The translations under genes and the position numbers were made by a program. The notes under the pieces were generated by a model. The model made no database searches. It saw nothing but the letters and a program-made list of their open reading frames with translations, and was not told the DNA's origin. Shown one piece after another: positions 1 to 13,390 of a stretch of DNA of 64,000 nucleotides; within the stretch, counting starts at the first letter, position 1, and every line of letters begins with the position of its first letter. This DNA is from Chrysomallon squamiferum (lineage: Eukaryota; Animalia; Mollusca), in the NCBI GenBank assembly GCA_012295275.1, contig CM022665.1:20584001-20648000 (forward strand). The letters are read 5' to 3'.

Positions 1-182
1 CTTTGTTATGTTTTCATTATTATTATTATTATTCTAAATTAGCACTAAAAATATGGGATTTTTTAAATGCAATGTTACACACCTGATTACTGAGGCTGCT
101 GAAGGAATGCAAATATGGAAAACATTAATAGATGGAAGGCAAGCACATATCAACATATAGACAGTCACATGCAGATAATCAC

Positions 183-955
183 CTGTACACATCCTGAATG
201 CGTCCCACACAAACAGCAATCGGCTTGGACAAATCTCGACTTTTTATGTCATATATGCGATTGATAGCATCCTTGCTCTGAGCAAGACCAGCAATACCAT
301 AGATAGTGTCTGTCGGCACAGCAATCACATTACCTCCCTTTAAACTATTCACTGCTTCAGCCAGTTTAGAAACAAAACCTGAAACATTATCATTTGAAAA
401 TAAGAACACAGAGAATGAATTAGGCTGTAAATAAAACTAAAATTAAACTTTAAAGCATATAAATAATTATACAAATTTTAAATTAAAATAATAATTAATT
501 TATCATCTATAAAACATTTATGTTTGAATGAGTGTTATGAATATGATTACAGGAGTGCATAAGACGTGACAACCTTATAGTTATAAACAATAAGTTCAAA
601 CGTTGTAGAAGATTATCAAGATAAAGAAAAAAAACAACAAATGATTGATTGATATCTCGTATTTATAAAAAAAATAAAAATAAAAATAAAAATAAATCAA
701 ATAGGCAGCATTTTATATCAGTTTTACATCATTTAATTACTCTATATACTCTCAAATATAATTCTTATTTTTAAAACATACAAGAAAATTGTTACAACAA
801 TTACCATTACTTTCCTGCCCATTCACTTCGCCGCATTCTTGATGAAGTGGGATTATTTTACCGCGACTCATCTTGGCGGCGACAGAAAATGTATATGAAT
901 ATTTTGAAGTGAATGCAAACGTACTAAGATGTTTATAAGCTGCATTCCAATTCAT
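183..955 (-). CDS. YRDC: Threonylcarbamoyl-AMP synthase (YrdC/Sua5 family), 5' part; gene continues off the left edge
   Basis: Exon 1 is 955(or 871)..805 and exon 2 is 378..183, joined by a phase-1 GT-AG intron. The translation contains VIAVPTDTIYGIA and IYDIKSRDLSKPIAVCV, matching the YrdC PTDTxYG and KxR...KP motifs. The ATG at 871 has the context GCCGCCAAGATG. Confidence 0.92.
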
Positions 956-1370
956 CGAGTTCAGTATTTCAGTTTTCACATATCACTGACATAAGTTACA
1001 ATTTCTTCACGTTGCATCAGTGGCCGCAGACATCTTGAATCCAAAACGAGTTTTTTCTAAACATTATAAAATATGTATTATAAACTGAAAACGTTCTTTT
1101 ATATTAATTCCTTCTCTGACATTATATTCTTTTAATTCAAATTATCATTGCTAAGTTGAATGTATTAAATTTTGAAATTAGTTTAATAAAAAGATGTAGT
1201 TTGTAATTTTATAGGTTTTTTTTTTTTTTTTTTTTTAGGTTTTTTTTTTATTATTATTATTATTCTTAATCCGCTATATAATTGAGTTAATATTTTGTTA
1301 AACTTCCAAAAGTTAATGTGAAGGCTATCGTCTGTTTTTAAGACGGATAAAACGTTTAGAAGCAGACGAA
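956..1370. promoter_or_regulatory. Putative bidirectional promoter between YRDC and CDK5RAP1
   Basis: Divergent start codons are only ~415-500 bp apart, and CpG is locally retained near both starts. Inferred from geometry only. Confidence 0.6.
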
Positions 1371-4281
1371 ATGAGCACGTTTAAACTACTTTCGCAATCC
1401 ACTGTAAGATCGTTATCATGGTGTCAACTTCAGCGATGTAAATTCTTTAAAAAATACTATAGTACTTGCATTAGACGCAGATTAAATAATGAATTATTTC
1501 ATAAAAATGATTGTTATTCTAAAGACAGACCGGGTCTTGTTAAATGGTTGAATAAAGAAAATGCTTGCACAAATAAACACTTTTCAACAGAAGCAGCACA
1601 AGAAGCAACAGAAACAGAAGCCCTGAATAAAATTAAAAAGAAAGACGTTTTGAAAGGCCCAACATTAGAACATTTTATTGCGAACAGCAGATTAACTAGC
1701 AATAATGTAGTTCAAAACAAAGATGAAAATGAGGTCCCATATTTACCTGCTGAATCATTTGACGGAAACGGGAGAAAAGGTGTTTTTATTTCCTCACTGT
1801 AACAATACTGTATTAAACTATTGAATGTTATACTGTTAAACAGTAATACAATTTTTTTTTCTTTCAAAAGTTTTTTTATTATTACTATTTTTCTAATGCA
1901 TAATAATTTCAATTTTAATAAATGTCATTGTTTCATCTTCAAATAGTTTATTTTAGTTATTTAATTATTCTTAAGTAGTATTAGCATTTACATATTTTTA
2001 TTTAATATTTTATTATATTATTTTATTTTATGTTATTTATTTATTATAATATTTATTTATATATATATTTATTTATTTATTATTTTGTTGTTGTTGTTGT
2101 AGTTTCAGTATGGAAAAATGCATTAGTCTTCCATTTATAATAATATTATCTTAAGTCACACTAAGGGTTTTCATGTACTTCAAGTGACTACTTGACTGGT
2201 TATTACCTTGAACTGGGTCACCTTTATTTTGCACTGACCCTACCTGGATATATTAAATATAATTTAGACATGATGAGTCAGGAGTTATCATTCACGCTTA
2301 ATCAATAATAGCTAGGTGGTAAAAAATTCATTAAATTTGAATAAATTCTTTTTATCAACTCAGAGAAAATAACTAAAGGTGCCATGGCTCTAGCACACTC
2401 TTTCACAGTATATTAATATTATTTTTGGATTGCTTAAGAATGGTGATTAATTCTTGAGATTCCTACTTGAATCCATCTATTAGAATTCATATTTCTGTGG
2501 AACTTACAAGTTACATGTAAATTATAAATCATAGCCACATTTCCTAATTTTTGTATGACTACAAAATCATAATTTGTTTGATACTTGTAATTTGGTATTA
2601 AATAGGTTGAAGTAGCATAATCAGTACACACAAACTATATAATGACACATTAGACTTATATATATATTTAAAACATGAAATATATGAAAGATACTGTTAG
2701 TCATTTAATTTTACAAGGAGTTTTGGTTATAATCATAAATGTGCAGATAATGAACACTCATATTTTCTATTACAGGTATGATTAAACTGACAGTAACACT
2801 AATTTCTTTATCTTATTATAATTATTATTATTATTATTATTTTGTTCTTATTTTATGATTTTCAGTGTTTTTCCAAACCTATGGGTGTCAGATGAATTTC
2901 AGTGATGCAGAGGTAGTTTGGTCTGTTTTGCAGAAGAAAGGTTTTACCAAAATTAATGATGTTAAAGAGGTGATTAATTAGTAAAAGTAAATTTCTGTTT
3001 CAAAATGTTTAAAATAGAATAACTGTGTTTCAGTTTATAATTAAATTATCTTCTCAAGAAATATTTTTATTATATATATATATTTATTTTTTTTAATTAG
3101 ATTCAGGATTATTGTCATTAATACTAAGCATATTATAATAAAAGTAGTTGAAGCTATTGAAAACCTTTCCTTTCAGTTATTTGTTGTCTGTCATAAATGT
3201 TTTAATGTTTTAAACTTTAATATTATAGAAGATGGAAGATAAAAGTTTCTGTAAATTAAGAATTACATTACTACATATTTATACCTGTATTATTTTCCTA
3301 CCTTTGTCATTAAATTCTAAATCATATTTATTAAAATTAGAATAAATTTGTTTAAAAAAAATGTGCATTTAATTTGGAGAATTCCCGGGTTTTTTAAAAA
3401 CAATTATCCTGTTATCTTTATACACAGGCAAGAACACAGATACACACAGATGCAAACAAACACACACACACACACATGAAAAAAGAAAAAGAAAAAAGAA
3501 TCAACATTAAAATAAAAGATTTATTTAAAAAATTTGTTTCAGGCTGATGTTATTTTAGTAATGACCTGTGCAATTCGAGAAGGTGCAGAAGAGAAAATCT
3601 GGAAAAGATTGGAGTATTTCAAAAACTTGAAAAAACAAAGACAAGTCAACAAGAATAAACCTCAAGTGAAAATAGCAATTTTAGGTAAAACTATAATTTA
3701 AAATTTGTATTTCCGTATTACATTTCTGTTAAATTTCTCTACATATTCCAGTTTAATACTCTGTAGATAAATAACAAAATTGTATTACAGTTTGAATTAT
3801 ATTAAAAAGAGGAAATGTAAATGAATTTAACAGTTGCATACATTAAAATGTAATTTACACTTCTTTTTTTTGTTTTACCTTTATTCAACTTAATTGATAG
3901 TTGATATACAACATGGATCTGCCAAGTTGGTTACAAATCAAATTTTACTTTACACAAGAATATATATTGCTCCAATTAACTACTTATATGTCACAACTGT
4001 GTCAATATTTTAGGATATTTGTAGAGATTTGACAGAAACAATTGTTATTTTTATCAGTGTACTTCAGTAAATTTGGAGAAATTTTACAAAAGCAAAAATA
4101 TAAATGTCATATTTTGGGTTCTGTAATTAAAAATATTGTTATCTTATTTAACTTAGACTGCTAAATTTGATAAAAAGATGTCATGTGCATAATCATAAAT
4201 TTTTTTATTGTGTTGTTAATTAAGACTGGAGTATTTGTTTTAAAAAAAGTCATGTATAGAATAAAAGAAAAAGTATATATA

Positions 4282-4328
<47 letters not shown>

Positions 4329-6152
4329 ATTATCTTATTTAATTTAAACTGAACTATATTTGATCAAAGATGTCTCTCATAAAATAATAATATTGATAAT
4401 GGTAATGATGTAGGTTGTATGGCTGAACGACTGAAAACAAAGATAGTAGAACGAGAGAAGTTGGTTGACATAGTGTGTGGACCTGATGCATATCGAGATT
4501 TACCTAGACTGTTAGCTGTCACCCAAACCAACCAGGCTGCAGGTTAGTTTTAAGTAAATTAAAATCATTGTATTTCACATGTAATGATATATAGTGCAGT
4601 TAGTGTTAAGTAAATTAATCATAGTTTGTCATATTTATTTTTACAAATTGCAGTCATTGTTACACAGTTTATCTAGTTTAATTTTTTGGCTTTTATTTGC
4701 TGTGAGGTTTGGATAATTCTGATGATGTAAAATATCAAAGTATAATGATTTTTAAATATTTTTGAATCTCTAACAATGTTTGTATTTCATTTTCACTGAT
4801 ATTTTTTTAGGGGGTTTCATATTTTTCTCATTAAACATGCTGCTTTTAATGTATGAGTCTTTTTATTTGTAAAACATTAAAATATAGAATATTTTGAATT
4901 TGTATTTCACTTTCCTTATTTTATAATAGTTTTTACAATAATTTTTCCAGTGAACATGCTTCTTTCAATGGATGAGATTTGTTATTTGTAAAACATTAAA
5001 ATGTATGAATATTTTAAATATTTTTGAATCTTTAACAATGTCTGTGTGTTATTTCTTTCATTTACATTATAATATATTTTTGTCTGCATGTTTTTACAAT
5101 AATTTTTCCAATGAACATGCTGCTTTCAACAAATGAGATTTTTTATTTGTAAAACATTTAAGCATATGAATATTTAAAAAAAATTAGTATCTCTAACAAT
5201 GTCTGTATATCATTTTCACAGTTTTTACAATACCTTTCCCACTGAGCATACAACTTTTGATGGATGAGACTTCTAATTTTTTAAACATTAATTAAAATAT
5301 ATGGACATTTTAAACATTTTTATATCTCTAACAATGTAAGTATTTCATTTTCACTTATATTATGATAGGTTTTGTCTTATTTTTCACAGTGAACGTGCTA
5401 CTTTCAATGGATGAAACTTATGCTGACATTCTGCCAGTCCGAATGAACACAGAAACAGCCTCAGCTTATGTGTGAGTTAACAAATTATATAACCAATTTT
5501 TTTAAAAACCATTGTGTTATATTTTCTACAGATACTTTAGCCTCTGTATAACTTCATTTACTATTGATTATTTAATCAATCTTTTAAAAACCAATGTCAC
5601 TGAATATGTCATATTTTTTACAAATAATTACAAGCTATTATTAACCTTTTCACTGCATAATAAAATTTCACAGTCATTCCCATAATAATGTTAATTATCT
5701 ACCAAAGAATAGAATATATATTTTCTGATTCTGATGTTTGGGAGTTTCTAGGGTGTGTCCACTTCTCAAAACATTTTTTTAAGGCAAAAATCTGCTTTCT
5801 GCAGTTAACAGTAATACAAATTTAATAGATATATCTGCTGTTTGCAACAAAAGGGCTAAAGTTTCATGTTTACAATCTTTAATAAAATTATTCTCTGCAG
5901 AATTTATTCGAAAAAGTAACAAAAGTATACTTACATCAATATTCTACTAGAAGTTCTTGATTTGTAAAATCATGATATCATATCTAACTTTTTATCTAAA
6001 TCTCTAATTGAGTTTCAGTTTTAAAGTGTGTAATTATGTAAATTATAATTTATTGTTTACCCATAAGCTGGTTAATGATACGAGACTATATGTACTAACA
6101 TATATTTTGTTTATTATATTTGTTTATCTATCTATCTATTTGTCTGTCTATA

Positions 6153-6193
<41 letters not shown>

Positions 6194-9100
6194 ATAATAT
6201 ATATTATTATTATTATTACTATTATTTGTTTTATTTTATTTTATTTTTGTACAGTTCAGTGATGAGAGGATGTGATAATCTGTGTACCTACTGCATTGTT
6301 CCTTTCACTCGAGGACGTGAACGAAGTCGACCAATAGAATCAATTTTAGATGAAGTACGATACCTATCTGACCAGGTATTTTATGAATCAACTATTGTAT
6401 AAATTGCTACAATAAATTTTCTCTCTCTTTCTTTTTTCAAATGTGTATTATTGTTTTGCCTGATTTTTGCTTTCAAATAATTTATATTTAATTTAGATCT
6501 TTTTATTTCTGTATTTAAATATTTAAATATAAATTTAGAATAATTCCTGTTTACAAAATTAAATTTAATTATATCTCTTTACAAATTCTGATTTAATATT
6601 CTATTGATAAATAACCAAACAATCCCCAAGTATATTACTGTTTGAATTATGCTGAAAGATTTTTACATTTTAATGAGTACAGCAGTTGTGCATGCAGAAC
6701 ATATTACTTAAAAGTTTTTAATTTTTTCAGTTATATAAACTATTGTTGTCTATAAATAAACAGAAAATACTGCAAAAACTAAATTATTAATTTTAGGGCA
6801 TTAAGGAAGTGAAATGTAGTTAAATACAGCATTTAAATGAATATGATAATTGTGTATACTAAATATATAAACATTTAAAAAAAATATCTTTTTTTTTAGT
6901 TACTTAACTATTAGTGTTTCTAATATAGAAAATACTATAACGATTAAAATATTTATTGCACAGGATAAAGGACATTTAAATGAATATAATAGTTCTGTAC
7001 ACTAAAATTATAATTTATCTTTTAAATCTTTTTAGTTACTTAAACTGTTAGTGTCTCTAATACTTAGACTTTTGTAAAAACTAAAGTGATAATTTTAGTG
7101 TGTGAACTGTAGTAAAGAAAAGGACATTTAAATGGGTATAATGGTTGTAGATACTAAATATATAACTTATAAATATTTATTTTTTATTTTTTTTTTTTTT
7201 AATTTTTTAATTTTTTTTATTTATTTAATCTATTAATGTCTTTAATAAAAAGAATGTCATATATTTTGTATACTAAGCAAACAATTTAGAAATATTTAAT
7301 TTAAATTGTTAATTTAGACTGTTTCAGGGAGTAAAGGAATTGAAATATAGTAAAAGAGGATATTTAAATGAATATAATTGGTGTGTTACACTAAAATATA
7401 ACTTACAAATATTTAATTGTTTTGTTTGTTTTGTTATTTAAACTTTTAATGTCTCTAATACTGAATATTATAAATACTAAACTGTTTATTTTAGGAGTAA
7501 AGGAAGTGAAATATATTAAGAAAGGATATTTAAATAAATCTAACAGTTATCTACATTTAACATATAATTTATAGATTTTTAGAACATTATTTGACTTAAA
7601 TTATTAATATCTCTAATACAGAGAATACATTTATATTGTGTATACTAAACATACAGTTTATAAATATTTAATTTATTTTAGTTATTTAAACTCAGTAAAA
7701 CGGTTTTCAATACAGAGATTAAAATATTTATTTTAGGGTGTGAAGGAGGTAATCTTGCTTGGACAGAACGTGAACAGCTACCGAGACAAAACAGAAACAA
7801 CATCTGCAACCACTACATCATCTAACACTCTGAGTGCTGGCTTCTCCACTGTTTACAAACCAAAGTCTGGGGGTCGCAGATTTGATGATCTTCTGGACAA
7901 AGTTTCGCTGATAAATCCAGAGATGAGAGTTCGATTCACATCACCTCATCCTAAAGACTTTCCAGATGAGGTGAAATCTGAAGAAAAAAAAATAAATTTA
8001 ACTTAAATAACAGAGTCAAATTTTCTGTAAAAAAATTTTTTATATTTATATGGTCTTATAAATATATTCACTTCTCGATTTTTCTTATACTTGTGAAATA
8101 TTTCAATTTTGTAATTTATTGAAATATTTTTTATTATGTTTATTTATTAATTTATTTATTTATTAAATGTATTTATTCATTTATTTGTTTGTCTTTTTAT
8201 TGATTCATTTCCTCATTTATTTATCTATTTATCTGTTCATTCATTCATTCATTCATTCATTCATTCATTCATTCATTCATTCATTTATTTATTCATTTAT
8301 TCATTTATTCATTTATTTATTTATTTTTTCAAAGTTATTTATCAATTTTCATAAACATGTGATGCAGTTTATTTTAACTGTAGGTACTATATATCATTCG
8401 AGACAGACTAAACATCTGTAAAAACATACACCTACCAGCACAGAGTGGAAACAACAAAATCTTGGCTGCTATGAGAAGAGGATACACAAGAGAAGCTTAC
8501 TTGGACCTAGTACAACATATCAGAGATGTCATACCAGGTGATAATATTATTCATTTCAGTTATATCCACTGATAGTTCATAATGTTTATCTTAACACATA
8601 ATCTAGGATCTTTGTGTGTCCACCCAGTTAACTGAAATAACTAGAACAGAATGCATTTCCCCTTCCTACAACCTTTGTTTGCAGCCAGTAGCTGTGTTCT
8701 TTTTGGCAAATATTCATTCATTCTCCCTACCAGTAATCAGCATGTTGGTCTTCTTAATCACATTTGCAATTTAATTGTTCATATATTAGAATCAGTTTTG
8801 CTTGTGAACAAAATAACACTATACCTGATCTTTTGAGAGGTTTCATTCAGAGGATTACTGTGATGTGTAATCTGTAATTAAAACAAAAGTTTGTTTTTCC
8901 CACAAATTAATTGTAATTGATGTTACAGTTTGCACATGGACTAGTTCAGGTTTTTTTTTATTATTATTTTTTTTTCCCCACTGTTTTCAGAAGTTGCTCT
9001 GTCTAGTGATTTCATTGCTGGTTTTTGTGGAGAGACTGAGGATGCACACAATGATACTCTGTCTCTGATAAGAGCTGTGCAGTACACATTTGCTTACTGC

Positions 9101-11084
9101 TTTCCTTATAGCATGAGGGAGGTGAGTTTAGTATTCATTAAATATAATAATTCTGATGCAATACTACATATTAGGATGAGAGACTGAGAGGCAGATAAGT
9201 TATGAGAACATGTGATAATGTGTTTTGTTCCTTTCACTTGAGAATGTGAAAGAAGTCAACCAATATAATCTATCTTAGACAAAGTCTAATATTTGTCTGA
9301 CCAAGCATTCTATGATTTAAAATGGTTTTTATAACTTGTTATAATAAATTACTAATATTTTTTTTTCATTACAACAACAAATAATAAAAGTTTTTCTAGT
9401 GATTTTGTTTTATACCAACAGAGAGATTACCAGATCATTATAATTCATCAATACAATCTGTTCATTTACATTTTCTTATTAAATGCAAAAATAGCATTTT
9501 TGGTTAAGTGTAAAAAGAACATTTCTTGTTAAGTGTGTAAATAACATTTCTTATAATGTGTGAAACTAACATTTCTCATTATGTGTGAAAATAACATTTC
9601 TTATTTAAGTGTGAAAAGAACATTTCTCATTAAGTGTGAAAATAACATTTCTTATTTAATGTGTGAAAAGAACATTTCTCATTAAGTGTGAAAATAACAT
9701 TTCTTATTTAAGTGAAAATAACATTTCTTATAATGTGTGAAAATAACATTTCTCATTAAGTGTGAAAATAACATTTCTTGTTTAAGTGTGAAAAGAACAC
9801 ATCTTACTAAGTGAAAAAACAATTCTCATTAAGTGTGAAAATAACATTTCTTATTAAATGTATAAATAACAGATTCTAAGGAATGAGATGGTTTGATATA
9901 GTGTGTTTAATGTTACTGTGTTATGGTCAGAAAACAAGAGCCTTCCACAGACTTCATGACAATGTGCCTGTTGATGTCAAGTCACATCGTCATCTTGAAC
10001 TAGTGTCAGCATTTCGAGATGAGGCTCTAAAACTACACCAGAGTCAGATTGGAAAAATACATCTAGTTCTTGTAGAGGGAGTAAGTAAATTCTGTGGACT
10101 CTAAATACATATCTGGTATAAATATATATAAGTAATGTAATTTATATAATGTTTTTTTTTTTTATTTATTTTTTTTTTTTTTAAATACAAATACCAGTTA
10201 TTACTGATCCACATTATCTAATATGTAATCTAATATATGTGTTAATTATAATTACTGTTTCAGAGAAGTAATTAATTTCAACTAGTGTTTCCTATATGGT
10301 CATATGTTTTTTCTTCAGGTTAGTAAACGTTCACCAGACGAACTTGCTGGAAGAAATGATGCAAATGTTCGAGTGATATTTCCAAAATGTCATAAGCATG
10401 ATAAATTTAATATGAGTGATCTTAAAACAGGAGATTATGTAGCAGTGAAGGTAAGATGGTTTTAAAAGTAATCGTTTCCATCGAATATTTTGACAATTTT
10501 GAACTAACAGGACCCTGGTGATTTCATAGATTTTACAATTTTTAATAATAATTACATAAAAATCGTTTGAGTTCAGTCACTGTCTCAAAAAGAGGATGCA
10601 GATTTCTGCTAAAACTAGATGTCTGAATTTTTTTATATTTGCAATATTGCCATATTTTCTTTTTTTATTATTATTATTAATATTATTATTATTATTATTA
10701 TTTAATATTTAATTTTCTTTTTTTTATTTCTTTTAATATTTATAAATAACAATATTATTACTTGAAAGAATGAAAAATCAAATTCATTGTTCATCATCAA
10801 ACTTGTTAACGTTAAGTATTGGTAATAAAAATTTTTTTTTAATAGCAAATGAATCAGTTGCTTGTCAACATGCAAGCCTTTTTCAGTCTGCTAATTGCAA
10901 CCATTACAAGTCCATTTTAAGGGAAATCTCTGAAAAATAAAAGTTGGTGTTTTTACTATTTCAGATTGTTTCAGCTAGTTCCCAAGTTCTGAGAGGTGAA
11001 CCTTTATTTCGTACTTCACTTCAGAGATTTCACAGTGACCTGAACAACATCAGTGTTGATGATAGCAATGTTTCATCTGTTTGA
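1371..11084 (+). CDS. CDK5RAP1: Mitochondrial tRNA methylthiotransferase (MiaB family radical SAM), 12 exons, ~635 aa
   Basis: Exons: 1371-1779, 2866-2969, 3543-3684, 4414-4542, 5390-5471, 6255-6375, 7737-7970, 8384-8537, 8991-9121, 9931-10080, 10319-10450, 10965-11084. All introns are GT-AG and phases are consistent (1908 nt). Motifs: TYGCQMN, TCAIRE, GCMAERL, radical-SAM [45 protein letters not shown] and a C-terminal TRAM-like segment. The N-terminus is basic and presequence-like. Confidence 0.96.
4740..5420 (+). repeat. Degenerate tandem repeat (~120-160 bp, 4 copies plus the live copy) spanning the intron 4/exon 5 acceptor junction of CDK5RAP1
   Basis: Variants of cag|tgaacgtgctactttcaatggatga occur at 4829, 4948, 5109, 5240 and at the true junction 5387. 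They share intronic flanks (gtaaaacattaaaa...ctctaacaatgt). Confidence 0.85.
6700..7755 (+). repeat. Degenerate tandem repeat (~150-230 bp) spanning the intron 6/exon 7 acceptor junction of CDK5RAP1
   Basis: ttttag|ggcattaaggaagtg (6796), ttttag|tgtgtgaa (7098), ttcag|ggagtaaaggaattg (7327) and ttag-gagtaaaggaagtg (7494) compare with the true ttttag|ggtgtgaaggaggta (7736). Shared blocks include catttaaatgaatataat and tctctaatac. Confidence 0.75.
9505..9872 (+). repeat. Intronic minisatellite, ~24-26 bp unit (aagtgtgaaaataacatttcttatt)
   Basis: About 14 directly visible tandem copies. Confidence 0.9.
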
Positions 11085-11489
11085 AAACTGTTACCATTTG
11101 CATGAATGTGAGTGAGTTTGTTTTTTAACAAACCAGTGGTTGTGTATTTTTTTTTTATATAATATTCTATTTCATCTTTAGATGTCTCATTGTATGTCAA
11201 AACACTTTTCAGTAATATTAGAAAACCAACCTAATCATTAAGAAGATTATTGTTTGAAAAGAAAAACATTGAGAAGTATAATGATGGTAAAAAGAATTGT
11301 ATTTTTTTTTTTTTTTTCTTTAAAAAATTTCTATCTTTATTATCCTTATTGAATCATGATGGATGGATATTCCAGTTATTTGTTATAATATGTTCAAGTT
11401 TGGAAGATTTTTTTTTTCAGTGTATTATTAATATTTTTTGTTTATTTATTTATTTTATTATTATTATTATTTAAATTTATAAATATATA

Positions 11490-11590
11490 TACAGTGGTAC
11501 CTTGACTTACAAGCTTAATTCATTCTGTGACCGAGCTTGTAACTCAATTTGTTTATATATCAAATCAGTTTTCCTGACTGAAATAAACTG
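11490..11590 (+). mobile_element. Tigger/pogo-like DNA transposon end fragment
   Basis: TA followed by CAGTGGTACCTTGACTTACAAG resembles pogo/Tigger terminal inverted repeats. No partner end was seen. Confidence 0.4.
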
Positions 11591-12126
11591 AAATAACTGA
11601 AATACCATTATTGTGTTTTTTGTGTGTTTTTTTAAAGTGATAAATGTTATGTATATGCAAAGAAGATCCACGTTTATAATACTTCTATGAATGTACAAAT
11701 TTTGTAAAAATTATAGTAAGTTTATGTAGAGATCTGAGTTTGTGTTTTGCACTATTCTATATCTGTAAATTACCTGATCATAACAATTTGTCATATAATA
11801 TGTTACTAATTTCTGAAGACCAACTTCTTTGTTAAATTGTTTTGCAGTGGTTTATCATACAAATGATAATTAATATGTATACTCAGGCATATTTTTGATT
11901 ATATTAGTAATAATGTAAAATAACTGAATATATTCTTGACTTTACAATAAAATGGATCATTTACAGCATTTGTTTTGTTTCTAACATATTTTTCCCTCTC
12001 TGAATTGGTGAATGATGTTATATATCTGTCTTTGAAACAATTATAGTAAACTTAACATTTATATATTAACAGTATTAACATATCAAAACAATTTAAACAT
12101 AGGTGCACAAAACATGTTTGTGTGTA

Positions 12127-12162
<36 letters not shown>

Positions 12163-12445
12163 CACATAGATTATATAGATATATATAAATATTTATATAA
12201 ACATCAACAGAAGATCTGACTAAATAAATACATGCAGATTTATGTACATGATAAAACAATGTATATTTAGATTGTATCTACCAGTACTTAATTTCATGTT
12301 CTGAAAAGTTCAAACATCAGGCTACTGCTGAGAATATCTAATTTAATTATTTATTTGTAGTGAAGTTGTAATGGCTTTGACAGGAGGTTAATTTCTAGTT
12401 AATGTGCTGATGATTTATCTGTTTGGGATTTTGTATTCATATTGT

Positions 12446-12476
<31 letters not shown>

Positions 12477-12627
12477 TTACTGGTTTTAATATTAATTTGT
12501 ACCTTTATCTACCTTTATGTAAGTGACACAATTAAAAGATGATTGGTTTCTATAAAACTGTCAAATAAATGATGGAAAATATGGAAACTTTAGTTAACAT
12601 CCATGTATTATGTAAATGTGGTATCCT

Positions 12628-12670
<43 letters not shown>

Positions 12671-13111
12671 CATATCGGTACATTAACAACAGCCCTATAA
12701 ATGTTATATATATATTTATTACCTTATATATACAATTTTCAATATTACTAGACGACTTTGACCATGAATGAACAATCATAGTTCTTAATATGAACAAAAC
12801 AATTATATTCTTCTTCTTTAGTATGTAAATATTTATTGCCATAGCTTCAGAAAAAAAATAAAAATATATATATATATATAATATTAATCTGTTATAGGGA
12901 AGACAACAATCTCTGTGGATAAAATAATTATTTGCTTTAATGCAGATAAATAGTTACTATCCTAAGTGTTGATAATTAATTGTAGTGTTTATTTAAGACA
13001 AATGTTGCCCTTAATGTGGATAATTATTGCCAACAAAATGATTTTTTTTTTTTCAAAGGATGGGGTGGCGGTGGTGGTTATCTCCCGTACACAGACACAA
13101 CTGGTATCACA

Positions 13112-13275
13112 TTAGCGTGAATCCGAACCCCTTGCCCGAAATGCTGATGCCCAGTCCCTGGGATTGATTTTGTGGTGCGCCACTTTATCAATTGCTTTTT
13201 TCACCACCCATGATGCAGCTAGCTCCAGCCAAGACTAAAAAAAAAAAAAAAAAAATAATAAAAAAAAATAAAAAA

Positions 13276-13309
<34 letters not shown>

Positions 13310-13345
13310 ATGTATATATCTGTGTATATGTGTGTGTGTGTGTGT

Positions 13346-13390
<45 letters not shown>

